From the human T2T-CHM13v2.0 reference genome, Homo sapiens: 64,000 bases of DNA. The stretch lies in the NCBI RefSeq assembly GCF_009914755.1, contig NC_060925.1; one strand, written 5' to 3'. A model generated the notes under the pieces. The model was not told where the DNA came from, searched no databases, and saw only the letters and a list, made by a program, of their open reading frames with translations. Made by a program: the position numbers and the translations under genes. This document shows, piece by piece, positions 1-15,150 of the stretch. The number at the start of each line of letters is the position of its first letter. Position 1 is the stretch's first letter.

Positions 1-174
1 ACATCAGCTTTTGGGCATTTAAACCATGGGTCAGAAATTTAGAGCAAGAGGGCAGGTTGGATCCTGATAGCAGGAGGGAGTGTTTTTCTTTTAACTTTCC
101 AGTGGCATCATGGTGTTAACCACTATTATTTCAGAGTGAAGAAACAATTTTTTGTTTGGTTGGTTTTGTACTTT

Positions 175-618
175 TTATTTTTATTATAATTACTTTTTAA
201 GACAAGGACTCTGTCTCCCAGGCTGGAATTCAGTGACAAGATCACAGCTCAGTACAGCCTTGACCTCTTGACCTCCAAGGCTCAATGGCTCATCCTCCCA
301 AGCAGCTGGGCCTACAGGCACACACCACCACACGCAGCTTATTTATTTATTTTTTGAGACAGGGTCTCACTCTGTTGCCCAGGCTGGAGTGCAGTGGCGT
401 CATCAGGGTTCGCTGCAGGCTTGAACTCCTTAGCTCAAGTCATCCTCTCACCTCATGCTCCTGAGTAGCTGGGACTACAGGTGGGCACCACCACACCCAG
501 CTAATTTGTATATATTTTATAGAGTCAGTGTTTCACCATTTTGCCCAGGCTAGTCTCAAACCCCTGTGCTCAAGTGATCCTTCTGCCTTGGCCTCCCAAA
601 GTGCTGGGATTACAGGCA
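175..618 (-). mobile_element. AluJ-like element preceded by an extra right-arm (FRAM-like) monomer
   Basis: Two T-rich tails (about 175 and 341), each followed by reverse-complement Alu right-arm sequence; the left arm ends ...CCCAAAGTGCTGGGATTACAGGCA at 618. Confidence 0.85.
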
Positions 619-956
619 GTTATTTTGACAATACGATTATGATGGGTTAAACTGAGACGTGCGGCAGGAAGGTTAGGGTGAGTCAGACAGATTAGATAAA
701 CAGGTTTTGCTTGATATGACCCTGAGTTGCATCGTGAGTGCAATCAGGAGGAATACAGGTGAAATTTAGCACAGGATGTACCAATGGGTCATTATGGTCA
801 AAAGTGGTTTGTGGTTTTGAGTGGCAAACCTGGAACCTTGTCAAATTTCCCACAGAGGTAATGGTTTGTGAGATTCTAATCAGAGAATTATCCCTCCCTG
901 CTGTAATCAAATTAATTAGGGACAGTAAAACAGAAATCTGATCACAGGTATTCTGC

Positions 957-990
957 TATGTATGTATGTATGTATATGTATATACACATA
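957..990. repeat. (TATG)n/(TA)n simple repeat
   Basis: TATGTATGTATGTATGTATATGTATATACACATA read directly. Confidence 0.85.
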
Positions 991-1376
991 CACGCAAGAG
1001 GAGTAGTGTGTCATATCTTAAGAGAATATGCATATAGGGTGATTTTACCAAAACCACCAAGAGACAACCCCTACAACTTAAAGGAGCCCTAATGGTGTAT
1101 GTATTCCAGTCAGCAAAAAAGAGACTAACTCTCTCAGGCACGGTCAGCACTGGAATTGTAACTGATTATACAGGCCAGTATCTTGGGTGAAAGTGGACTA
1201 CACCAGATGTCAGCTACTTGCCATCTCTGTCAGGAAGATTGTGAGTTACCTCTAAGTGAAAATCTCCACTGACAGATGTCCACTCTGGTAGGGTTGCCTT
1301 TTACAAGAGAAACATGAATCCATGTGTCAACACCCTTAAGTTTACTGGCACAGATTGGTCAGTAATACCTGTCGTC

Positions 1377-1540
1377 AGTTAGGTGCAGTGGCCTATGCCT
1401 GTGGTCCCAAATATTTGGAAGGTTGAGGCAGAAGGGTGGCTTGAGCCCAGGAGTTCAAGGCTACAGTGAGTCATGATTGTGCCACTGCATTCTGGCTTGG
1501 GGAATAGAATGAGATCCCATCTCCAAAAAAATATATAAAG
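1377..1540 (+). mobile_element. Free right Alu monomer (FRAM-like)
   Basis: Diverged Alu right arm (GCTTGAGCCCAGGAGTTCAAGGCTACAGTGAG...ATCTCCAAAAAAA), no left arm. Confidence 0.8.
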
Positions 1541-2429
1541 TAATAATAATAGCTGATGTGGTCCCTTCCAACAGTCTTGGGGAGAATATTTTATTTGATG
1601 TTGTTTCCAGTAAACAACAACATCTCCAGGTTATAGGCCAAGATTTTTGATATTTTCATCTCCCAGGAGTTCATTATGAATGGAATTCTTTGTTAATGTA
1701 GAGTTCTTAGTAAGTTCTGTGAGATCTTAGCAGTAATGGAGAATGTCACCTTTAAGAAGTGCAGATTCATAAGCGCCTTCATCTAACCACTGCAAGGGTC
1801 TTCCTGTTATTATTTCAAAGAGGGAGAGTGTGGACATTTTCCACAACCAGTGGGAGATCCTTGTCCAAGAAAGGTTAAAAACTTCTGTTAGCTTTGCCAA
1901 TTGAGTTTTTATTGTATCATTAGTGCATTCCATCGGCCCAGAGGATTAGGGGTGACAGGCACAATGGAAATGTTGGGACTTAGGCAAAAATGTTACAAAT
2001 GGATCAAATTACCTGACCAACGAAGTGTGTTCCTCGGTTTCTATGGAGTTCAGATGGCACCCCCCATGAGGAATTACCTTTTCTAATCACAATCTACCTA
2101 CTACTTGGGCTGTGGCTCATCGGCATGGAAATGCTCACCCCAGTGAGCATATACAAATTAGCACCAGAAAGTATCTGTGACCCTGAGATGGAGACAGCTG
2201 GATAAAGTCTAACTGCCATGTCTCGAAGGGTCCCAAAGGCAAAATGTCCCTGTGACCCATGAAGGGGTTTTCCAGGATTATGTTTGGGACAGACAGTATG
2301 GCAAGACTAAACATTTTCTGCAATCATAGGCAATGATTTTCAATACCATTGCTTTCCCCATGCCAACATTTTGTCTGAATTCCAATGAGTCAGCTTATGA
2401 AGTACTGTAAAAGGGTAATTGAAGCCTAA

Positions 2430-2836
<407 letters not shown>

Positions 2837-3164
2837 ACTTGTACTTCTAATGAAGTCTTCAATGGGTCATAAGTCAGCAAGGTCATTTCGAGGAGTTCTG
2901 TGTCTGATGTCACCTTCAGAGCTGCATTCTTAGCTGCAGCATCAGCAAAATGATTGTCCTTGCTCTCCAGAATGTCTAATTTTGAATGAACACGAATTTT
3001 GATGATGGCCAAAATTTGGGTCTTCAAATTGCTTCTAAGAGGTCAGAGATTTATTGGTCATTTTTGATGGCTTGACCTGATGAAATCAGATACCTATGTT
3101 GCTTCTAAAGCATTCCAAAATCATCACCTACTCCAAATGCATCTCTGCTCCCAGTGTAAATGTT

Positions 3165-3428
3165 AGGCTGAGGTGGAAGGATTGATTGAGCCCAGAAGTT
3201 CATTCAGGTCCAGCCTGGAAAACACAGCAAGATGTCCTCTCTACAAAAAAAAAAATCAAAGAATTAGCTGGGCATTGTGGCATGCACCTGTGGTCCCAGC
3301 TACTCGGGAGGCTGAGGTGGGAGGATTGCTAGAGCTGAGAGGTTGAGGATGTGGTGGGCCATGATGGAGCCACTGCACTCCAGCCTGGGTGACAGAGTGA
3401 GGCCCTGTCTCAATCAATCAATCAATAA
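3165..3428 (+). mobile_element. 5'-truncated AluJ
   Basis: Starts at AGGCTGAGGTGGAAGG; J-type right arm; (TCAA)n tail. Confidence 0.85.
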
Positions 3429-3801
3429 ATCTTAACCACTTAAAATACCAATGACAGATTTGCTTGGCCTTTTAAGTGCATTGCTGAATTCTCCAATCTA
3501 CATTTTTGGGAACAACCTGGGGAATGGCAACATGGAGGTATTTGGCCAAAATGCAGACCCTTTCATTGTCTGCTTTAGTCTGTTTTTAAAAATCCTCTAA
3601 AGAATTATTCCAATTCGCCCTTTTCAACCATTTAGTGGCCCTGCCTTCTTACACCACATGTGAATTAATTGATAAAAATCAGAATATTCGGGCTAAAAGT
3701 TTGGACAATTAAGTCAAATTTTCTCCCAAACCCTATAGGATCTTGGAGGCTGCTTTAGAATTAGAAGGGGAAATTGATTTAAATTTCGATCAGGGAAGTC
3801 T

Positions 3802-7418
<3,617 letters not shown>

Positions 7419-7486
7419 CTAACAAAGATTCCTTGCTAGGCCAAACTTTAGTCAGATGTCTATCTTCCTTGCAAAATCCAACTTTT
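7419..7486 (+). mobile_element. Truncated 5' part of a MER31/MER67-like LTR
   Basis: ACAAAGATTCCTTGCTAGGCCAAACTTTAGTCAG...TTCCTTGCAAAATCCAACTTTT resembles the recalled MER31 start; it stops abruptly at a poly-T run. Confidence 0.6.
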
Positions 7487-8086
7487 TTTTTTTTATGTGG
7501 TACAATGTGATGTTTTGTTCTTTTTTTTAAATTTATTATTATTATACTTTAAGTTTTAGGGTACATGTGCACAATGTGCAGGTTAGTTACATATGCATAC
7601 ATGCGCCATGCTGGTGCGCTGCACCCACTAACTCGTCATCTAGCATTAGGTATATCTCCCAGTGATATCCCTCCCACCTCCCCCCAACCCACAACAGTCC
7701 CCAGAGTGTGATGTTCCCCTTCCTGTGTCCATGTGTTCTCATTGTTCAATTCCCACCTATAAGTGAGAATATGCGGTGTTTGGTTTTTTGTTCTTGCGAT
7801 AGTTTACTGAGAATGATGATTTCCAATTTCATCTATGTCCCTACAAAGGACATGAACTCATCCTTTTTTATGGCTGCATAGTATTCCATGGTGTATATGT
7901 GCCACATTTTCTTAATCCAGTCTATCATTGTTGGACATTTGGGTTGGTTCCAAGTCTTTGCTATTGTGAATAGTGCCGCAATAAACATACGTGTGCATGT
8001 GTCTTTATAGCAGCATGATTTATAGTCCTTTGGGTACATACCCAGTAATGGGATGGCTGGGTCAAATGGTATTTCTAATTCTAGAT
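7483..8086 (-). mobile_element. 5'-truncated young L1PA (L1PA3-like) 3' end with a second poly(A) and a 26-nt 3' extension
   Basis: ORF2 C-terminus [35 protein letters not shown] (7833-8039) and L1 3'UTR; T8 at 7521-7528; non-L1PA sequence 7495-7520; T12 at 7483-7494. Confidence 0.95.
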
Positions 8087-8699
8087 AGAATGTTTCCTCT
8101 TATAACTCATAGTGAATATGACTGGACAATGAAACTATTTTGTAATTTCTTTCCTGAAAGATAAAGGCGTTAGAACATAGAATCTTTCATTGATTCTACA
8201 GAATCTTAAGACTCCTTCAGAGATGGCAGTCATTCCTACCGTGCTGAACATCATGTTGTCACGGTCAGAATCAGAACTAAATTGATTAAGGGTCTGAAAC
8301 AGTTTGGCACTCTTGGGCACTTATTCTGATAAGAAAGCTGATGAGACAGGGTAATGAAAAGAGGCTGCAAGAAATGACCATTCATGCATTCAGCCAACAT
8401 TTAGGCCACCCTCCTGTATTCCAGGCACTGTACGTGGCACTGAGAATGCAAAGCAAAACGAGTCATGGTCTACTGGCGGGAGCCTTCTCAGCGGAGAAAA
8501 GATCAACAAGAAAAGTGCCTGCTGGAGATCCCTCCTAGGGCATAAACCAATATAGAGGTGGGGCAGCTACGTCAGCCTGAGGTGTCCTTAGGCAGAACAG
8601 AAAGTGAGAATCAGAGCAGTATCTCATTTCTGAACACCTGGATTGTAGCTTTCCCTGGACTGACTGTCAAAGGAGGTGGTTTTAAAAAGCAAGCCAAAC

Positions 8700-8787
8700 A
8701 GGTTTCCATCCTTTAGGAAGACCCTGGAACGTGCCAGTTGATTCTGACAATTTCTCATGAACAGAAACACCTAGGAAGGGAGAACTG
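8700..8787 (+). other. Candidate upstream non-coding first exon of the PARP8-derived transcription unit (5' end undefined)
   Basis: Strong donor CTG|GTGAGT at 8787/8788 just upstream of the CpG island; a matching strong acceptor lies at 9688/9689. Confidence 0.45.
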
Positions 8788-9631
8788 GTGAGTCTTTTCA
8801 AGAGGAGGAAGTCCCTCAAAAGGGGCTGTGTTTCGCAAACGGCGCCCCAAAAGGGCTGAAATACTTCGATCTGGAGGAAAAAGACTCAGGCACTGAGGGA
8901 AGGGGAGGGTGCACATCTGGAGTAATTTCAAGGCTTTTTCCGTGTTATCTGAGGTGGCAACAAGTAAAGATTTGTTCGTTTTATTATTTTTTTAATTTTT
9001 AAAGATTTTCTTTTCCCCCCTTTTCCCCTTCCCGGCCACTCCGGTTTGTGTTTGCCACAAGACTCATAATTCCTTTAGAAAGTGGAGTCGAATTCATAAA
9101 AGTGACGGGGGGAGAGCGCGGAGAGGGAAGGCTGGGAGCCCCAGGGAGTCTTCACTACCTACACTGCCGCTCAGCTCCCGGCGCGAGTGGAGGTCGGGGT
9201 GGGGAGACGCGACTCCTGCCCGGGATGGCTGACACTCTGCGAGCCCCGGCGGCCCGCGGCCGGGCCGGGTGACTAGGCGGAGGGCGCGGAGGGTCCGCGG
9301 CGGGCGGGTGGCGCTGCAGCAGCCTGGGCACGGCTGCCGCCGCCCGCGGGCGAGAGTGTGCACGGGTGTGGAAGGCCGGAGTGCGGGCCGTGAGGGGTGT
9401 GCGCGCTTGAGCCGGAGCGGGGCTCGCCCCTCGTCGGCTCCCGCCGCCCAGCCCGTGATCGCTCTCCGGCCGTCCCCGGCACCCTCGGCCCCCCACGGCG
9501 GTTGGTCCGGGCGGGGGAAGGAGAAAGTGAGACTCGGTGTCATCACCAATCCGTCGCCAGAAGGGGAGGAAACTGGAATCCAGCAGCGGCGAGCAGCAGC
9601 TGGGCGGTCACATCTGGAAATGGAAAGCCGA

Positions 9632-9680
9632 CCTCCCCCTCCTCCTCCACCTCCTCCTCCTCCTCCTCCTTCTCCTCCTC
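9632..9680. repeat. (CCT)n polypyrimidine repeat
   Basis: CCTCCCCCTCCTCCTCCACCTCCTCCTCCTCCTCCTCCTTCTCCTCCTC immediately before TCACCCAG|G. Confidence 0.95.
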
Positions 9681-9828
9681 TCACCCAGGATCACTTCCGA
9701 AACCACTTGGCCTTCAGCCCCTGCCTCGGCCAGAGGTTTCATTTTTAACTGAATATTTACCAAAGCTGAAAGCGTGCGAGGGGGGTGGGGTGGAAATAGC
9801 GGCTGCTTCTTTTCCAAGGATTTATTTA

Positions 9829-9916
9829 ATGGGGATGTGTTCAAGGCAAGACCGAATTCAGAAGGATATCGACGTCGTGATCCAGAAGTCCAGAGCTGAG
9901 GACTGCCTGTTTGCAG
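9829..9916 (+). pseudogene. PARP8: First coding exon of a partial PARP8 duplicate (not the parental locus)
   Basis: Encodes MGMCSRQDRIQKDIDVVIQKSRAEDCLFA, then donor GCAG|GTGAGT. Recalled PARP8 N-terminus is MGMCSRQERIQKDIDVVIQKSRAEKDCLFA, so this copy has E8D and an in-frame loss of one Lys codon. Confidence 0.92.
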
Positions 9917-10823
9917 GTGAGTTCTTGCTTTTCCAGAACCTCGGACCCCGCGCCCCCTTCCCAGTTCTCCGACCGCGACGTGTGTGGCTGGGGGTGGGGT
10001 GGAGGGTTTGCACGTCCGCATTCCGGGGTTCATTTGGCAACAGCTGCTGCAACGAACGCGGGAGCCAAAAGCCAGAGGGGGCGCCAGCCTCGCCCCTTCC
10101 CCTCCCCCCACCCCCAAGTCTGGGGCAGCTACTAGCTTTGAGGGCAGAACCCGCGTGGCCCGAGCGGGGGTCTAGGCGAAGGGGCAGTGCGTGGTATTTC
10201 CAGCCCCGCGTAGTGCCCGAAGCCTGCAAGCACGCCTCCTGGGTTCCAGCAGCGGCGGCAGAGCGGGGTTGGTTGGACCCGCCAGGTTTGCGTAATGGGC
10301 TGAGCGGCGGCGGCCGGGAATGGAGCCTGCTGCGCTGCGCTCCTAAGCTGCGCCCGGCGCCGAGGACCCCCGGGGGGCAGCGCTCGGCCCATCTCCGGCC
10401 CCTTCGGCTCCATCTAGTCCCCTCCGACTGGCAAAGAGAAGGGATTCCTCGGATTCCCAAGGCACCCAGCGCCCCTGCCTGGGGGGGTCGCCTTTCGTCC
10501 ATTTTGCTCCCCTGGGAGAGAGATCGGATTTTGCTTTCGCTGCCGCGAGCCCGGCGGGGCTGCTTCCGGCCTCCCCGACCGGGAAATTCCCGCCGTTGCC
10601 ATGGCACCCGGCACTTGCTGCCGGGGGCGGCCTGCCGCTGCACCCAGTCGGGGGCGCGCCGCATCCCCTCGGACGCTGCGCAGAGAGACCTCGCCGCCCT
10701 CTAGCCCTCGCCTCCCGCCCGGCCAGGCCTCCCCTGACTCCACCAAATGGAGGGCCCAAGTCCTGATCGGGGTTAAAACAAATCCACTCCATGGGTAGCT
10801 TTTGACAGGACTTTCTGTTTCAG

Positions 10824-10878
10824 ATTTCAGATACTCAGACTCCACCTTTACTTTTACCTATGTTGGCGGCCCCAGAAG
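10824..10878 (+). pseudogene. PARP8: Second coding exon (55 nt) of the partial PARP8 duplicate
   Basis: Acceptor CTTTCTGTTTCAG| and donor AAG|GTATTT; in frame with the previous exon, giving DFRYSDSTFTFTYVGGPR as in PARP8. I could not find the next PARP8 exon (SVSYSVHV...) in the window. Confidence 0.92.
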
Positions 10879-13800
10879 GTATTTATGGGTGTAGAGTTGC
10901 TTCATTTCCTGTTCACACTCTTGTGTTTCCTTTGTTCTTAGCGTGTTCCGTGTTCGGGTATTTTGGTTGCTTGTTTGATTACTGTGGCTTTTCTTTACCT
11001 ACAACCCAAGCCTGACGTCCCTCGGTTTTAAATAGCAGGGGGAGGGGAATCAATGTTTGATTCAGGTGTTTCGAAGACCACGCCACAGGCGATGAGCAGA
11101 ACTCTTCATGTTGAAACGGTTCTGCTACAGTACTAGATTGCTCTCAGGCGATTTGGGGTTGATACAGGCAAGCCGGTGCAAAACTGGAATACTGGATATG
11201 AAGTGAAATGTATAAAAGACATAAAATGTCACAAAATAGTTTGATCACAAGTGTTGATTTTCCTGGTGAGTTGGGGCTGCGTGTTTCCATGTTTTCTGAA
11301 GGTTCACATAAACATGCAGCCTGCCAATTCTCTGTACATTTTTTTTTTTCAATGAGTGGTATTTCGGTTTTCACGTTTAGTTGTAAGACAGAAATTGGAG
11401 ACTTATATGTAGCTGGAGTGGATGACTTCTTTCTTTTGGGGGAAGAATGAGAGATGCACATTTCGTTAGTAAATTGTGAACAACTTGAAACAAACCCAAA
11501 TCCAATTTTGAATTTAAGAAGTAGAGTTAAAATGAAAGGTAGCCATTCAAATACTATGCCTTGCTGCCTTCACTTATTAAGTTAGGATTTTCTTCCTTTT
11601 AGCCCTTTAGGGATACAGTAGTTTAAAAGAGCAGTAGCCACATATGAAAGGATCAGATTTAGCTTAGAGGGAATTCCTTAGACCAGCCCTGCTGTTAAGA
11701 CTTGACATTCAATATTGTTTGATCACATTCCAAAATATAGCTTAGCTAATGGCAACATTTGTAAACATATAAATTGCAAAAGAAGCTTTCTTGTGTACAT
11801 ACATTTTTAAAAGCTTGAAATTGATGTGAACTTTTAAAAACACGTAGGATCTGTATTACATTCTACATCTCAAAACAAATTTAATTAAAGTGAATATCAT
11901 TCCAGTATATACAATATGCCTAAGACCCAGAATTGGCACATTGATTTACTAGTTGAAAATATAACAGTATTCACCAAACTTCAATGTATACTTTTTGGAG
12001 AGAATGAAATTACAGTATTTCTTAATTTACTGTAATGTCATCTTTGTAATTATGAATTAACAATTCAATGAGAGGAGACTTGGCTGATTAAATTAATGCT
12101 GGTCCTACACATTATATCTAAAGGATCTTCGTATATGACTACTATCCTCTTGGATTATTTTAACAGTTAAAATATACAAAGTGGCCCATTAAAAACAGAG
12201 TTGACTTTTCACCATTGCTGTTTTTCTGGTGAGACATGTGGAAAGGAAGGACAGGTGGACTTTTCAACTAACTAGCTCTCTGATTTTTAATAAGATACCT
12301 CAGTTCTTTTGGCCTCAGTTTACTTATCTGTACAAAGGGTAAGTCATATGCTTAATCACTAAGATCTGTTAGATACTGCAGTTAAGATTCTTTATCAGCA
12401 AATTACTGAACTCTAGTGTTAACATAGCTAGAGGTGGAAAAGGGAGCAAGACCAGGTGTTGGGATGAATAATTAACTAATCGAGATAACATCAGTTTTCA
12501 CCATAGGAACAAGTACCATGGTTGCTCTTAAAGTAAGAGATGTTTCCTATTTTATGTAATTTTACTAAGGGATAATGTTTTCTTTTGTCACTGATTTAAA
12601 TGTACCTGGATGTTTCTCAGCCATTTGGCTAAGATCGAACACAAGTAATACCTGGGCCTTTTATATCTAATCTAATGTAGACCAGCCTGTTAAAAGAGAA
12701 AGACAGTTGGTTAAACTGCTGATGTGTTGCTTTGTCTTCTCAAAAGCTTGTTCTATAATACAATATGTAAAAAGTTGTTACAGTGTAGTAACCGTAGATA
12801 ATCCCTTTATGATTTGTACCTAATGGCGAAGACCTTTTATTTTCTGAAAATAACGTGTTTGTTTTCATTACCGACATTAGAAGCCAATATTTATTAATCT
12901 ATTTCTCATCCTGACATTCCAGTCAGACTCTTAAAATAATCTTGCTGTGTTTTGATTTAATGTGCTTATCAACTTATAATATTGAATTAATGTTAATAGT
13001 GTCATTTTAGGTGAACTAGACTTCATTGAAGGAGGTGGGAGCCTTATGGAGAGAGAGTATATGATTATCTCTATTTGTATTTAATTACCATTTCATCTAA
13101 CCATTCAGAACATATTTCAAGAATAATTTTAATTCAAGTTGTAGATAAAACTTACTATACCATTTTCATTTTGACGCTTTCCAAGAATGAGATACACGGT
13201 ATTTTAAAGACAAAGATTGATCTTACATGTTACTATTAAAAAAAACACGTTAATTTTGTTCTACATTTATACTTTTAATTTTTCTGTGGATAATAAGAAA
13301 TGCCAAGAGTCGATTGTGTCCATGCTGGCAAGTGGCCTAATAAATTGTCCTTTTATTTGGTGGTCCTCAGAGTGGCAGTTAACATCTTGCTATTCTGCCT
13401 TGTGGAACTTGAGGTGGAAAGGTTCATGGAATTATATCCTTGCTTTTGGATGTGCAAACTGAGGCTCAGAGAGTTTAAGACACATAGTCACTTTCACCAA
13501 TTAAATGATGAAGCTGCCATGTAAACGTATTTCATCACACTCCCGAGACCTTCTTCTCCAGTAGTGTTTTCAAGCTTTTTGAGCATGCAGACACTACCAT
13601 CAAAAAATTATGTAGAGACATACTTGAGAGTTACAGTTTAAAGAAAAACAAGGTGTAATTATTTGGTTATTAGTAGCATTTACATATGCTTGAAAACTTC
13701 TGCTATATATACAGTAAGATTAATTTATTCTAACAATGATCTTGATAATCCCCCTGATTCCCAGACTCCTTGGAATAGCTCCACAGCTATCAGTGGTTCT

Positions 13801-14849
13801 GCCACAGGTTCAGAGCCTTCCCAGTACTGCCTTCTTATTTGAGAGGTGTGCTAAGAGCTATAAAGCAGAGGCTTCAATTGTACACAGTTTGGAAGTTTAG
13901 GCAAAAGTCATTTCTTCCCTATATTTTGTCATGCTTATCTCCTGTCTCTTTCTGTTTTACAGATTAGCAATAAACTCCTTAAAACCCAAAGGTTTGGGCT
14001 TCTGTTCCTTTCACTTGCAGTCAGACATGGAGTTAGTGGTAGAAGAAACAGAAGGGGTAACCTGCATGGTGACAGCTACTGAGGGGATGGATAGGAAAGC
14101 AGGCTGAGTCCCTGGGGCCAGTGGTTACCAAAGCCAAGGAGAGAGCAAGGGGAGCCCAGTGGGCCTGGCCATGGACTGCTCTGGAATTCCGAGTGTGAAC
14201 TTTCAGCCAAGAAGGTAGTGTGAAAATATTACTGTGAGGTTTTAAAAGTACACAAATAACAATTGTTTTTTGTAAAAAGAAAAAAAAAAAGTTAGAAAAA
14301 GAGATATGCCAAAAAGAAGAAAGTAAAAAATACATGACTTCTGTCTTCTGTTAACATATTAAAATTTATTCTTTTAGATTTTTATGTGTCTATATACATG
14401 TAAAATATATATGCATCCCCAAATTGTATTATACTCTTTTGAGACCTCACATTTTTTTCACCCAAGAATATAACATTAATTTCTTTCCTTTAGAAAAGAC
14501 ATGAGACTAAAGAATGTTTATTGAGTTGAGAGTTTCCCAATCAAGGAGTATGACTCTGTATAATAATAAATCTAATGTTTTATTAGAAATTATAATAAAA
14601 TTAGAAATTTAATATTTGGCAGGATGTGAGTTGCCTGCATATGTACACCCTTTATTATATGACTAGACACTCTTTTGTGTGGTCATGGATATATTGGCAT
14701 CTTTTGAAGTGTATCCTTTTTGTTTCAGGAGCTTCTGTCTAGATGAATAGCAAGTGTGACACTGATAATAGTAATCGAATATTCCTCCAAGTACAGGCTC
14801 CTTCCTCTTTCTCCTGGACCTTTGCACATGCTGCCTGGAAAACTCACCC

Positions 14850-15150
14850 ACAACCTACTTTCCATCCTCTCCTTCGGCTCATCCCTGCTCAGCCCTCTTT
14901 GTTGAGATATTTGCCAAGCCAGATTCTCTGAGAAGCCTTTCCTGGCATCTTCGTCTATATAATTCTGCTAGTTGTTTCTAAAACTATGTTGTTAGTGTAT
15001 ATTGTAATCACCTATTTATGTCTGTTTGACTGTGAGCCTCTTGGAGATGGGAATTCTCTCCTATGCATTGCGGTTTCCCCAGGCCCTAGCACACTGTCTA
15101 GCCCAGTATTCCTTCTCAGTAAGTAGGTGTTGAATGACTTACAAAATGAA
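14850..15150 (+). mobile_element. L2 3' fragment
   Basis: CTTTGCACATGCTGCCTGGAA...GACTGTGAGCCTCTTGGAG...CCCTAGCACACTGTCTAGCC...TCAGTAAGTAGGTGTTGAATGA, typical of an L2 tail. Confidence 0.65.

Larger units (their letters stand above)
9030..10760. promoter_or_regulatory. CpG island / promoter copied from PARP8
   Basis: About 1.7 kb, very GC- and CpG-rich with GC boxes (GGGCGG) and G-runs, against AT-rich flanks; overlaps the ATG-containing exon; CpGs show little decay. Confidence 0.92.

Noticed and set aside
9397-10704. 435-aa ORF and the overlapping 110-270-aa ORFs on both strands
   Set aside because: Stop-poor frames are expected in a CpG island, and the translations are low-complexity Pro/Arg/Gly/Ala. 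Only 9829-9916 matches a known protein, and it ends at a strong donor. The 291-codon intron-retention reading from 9829 has no other support.
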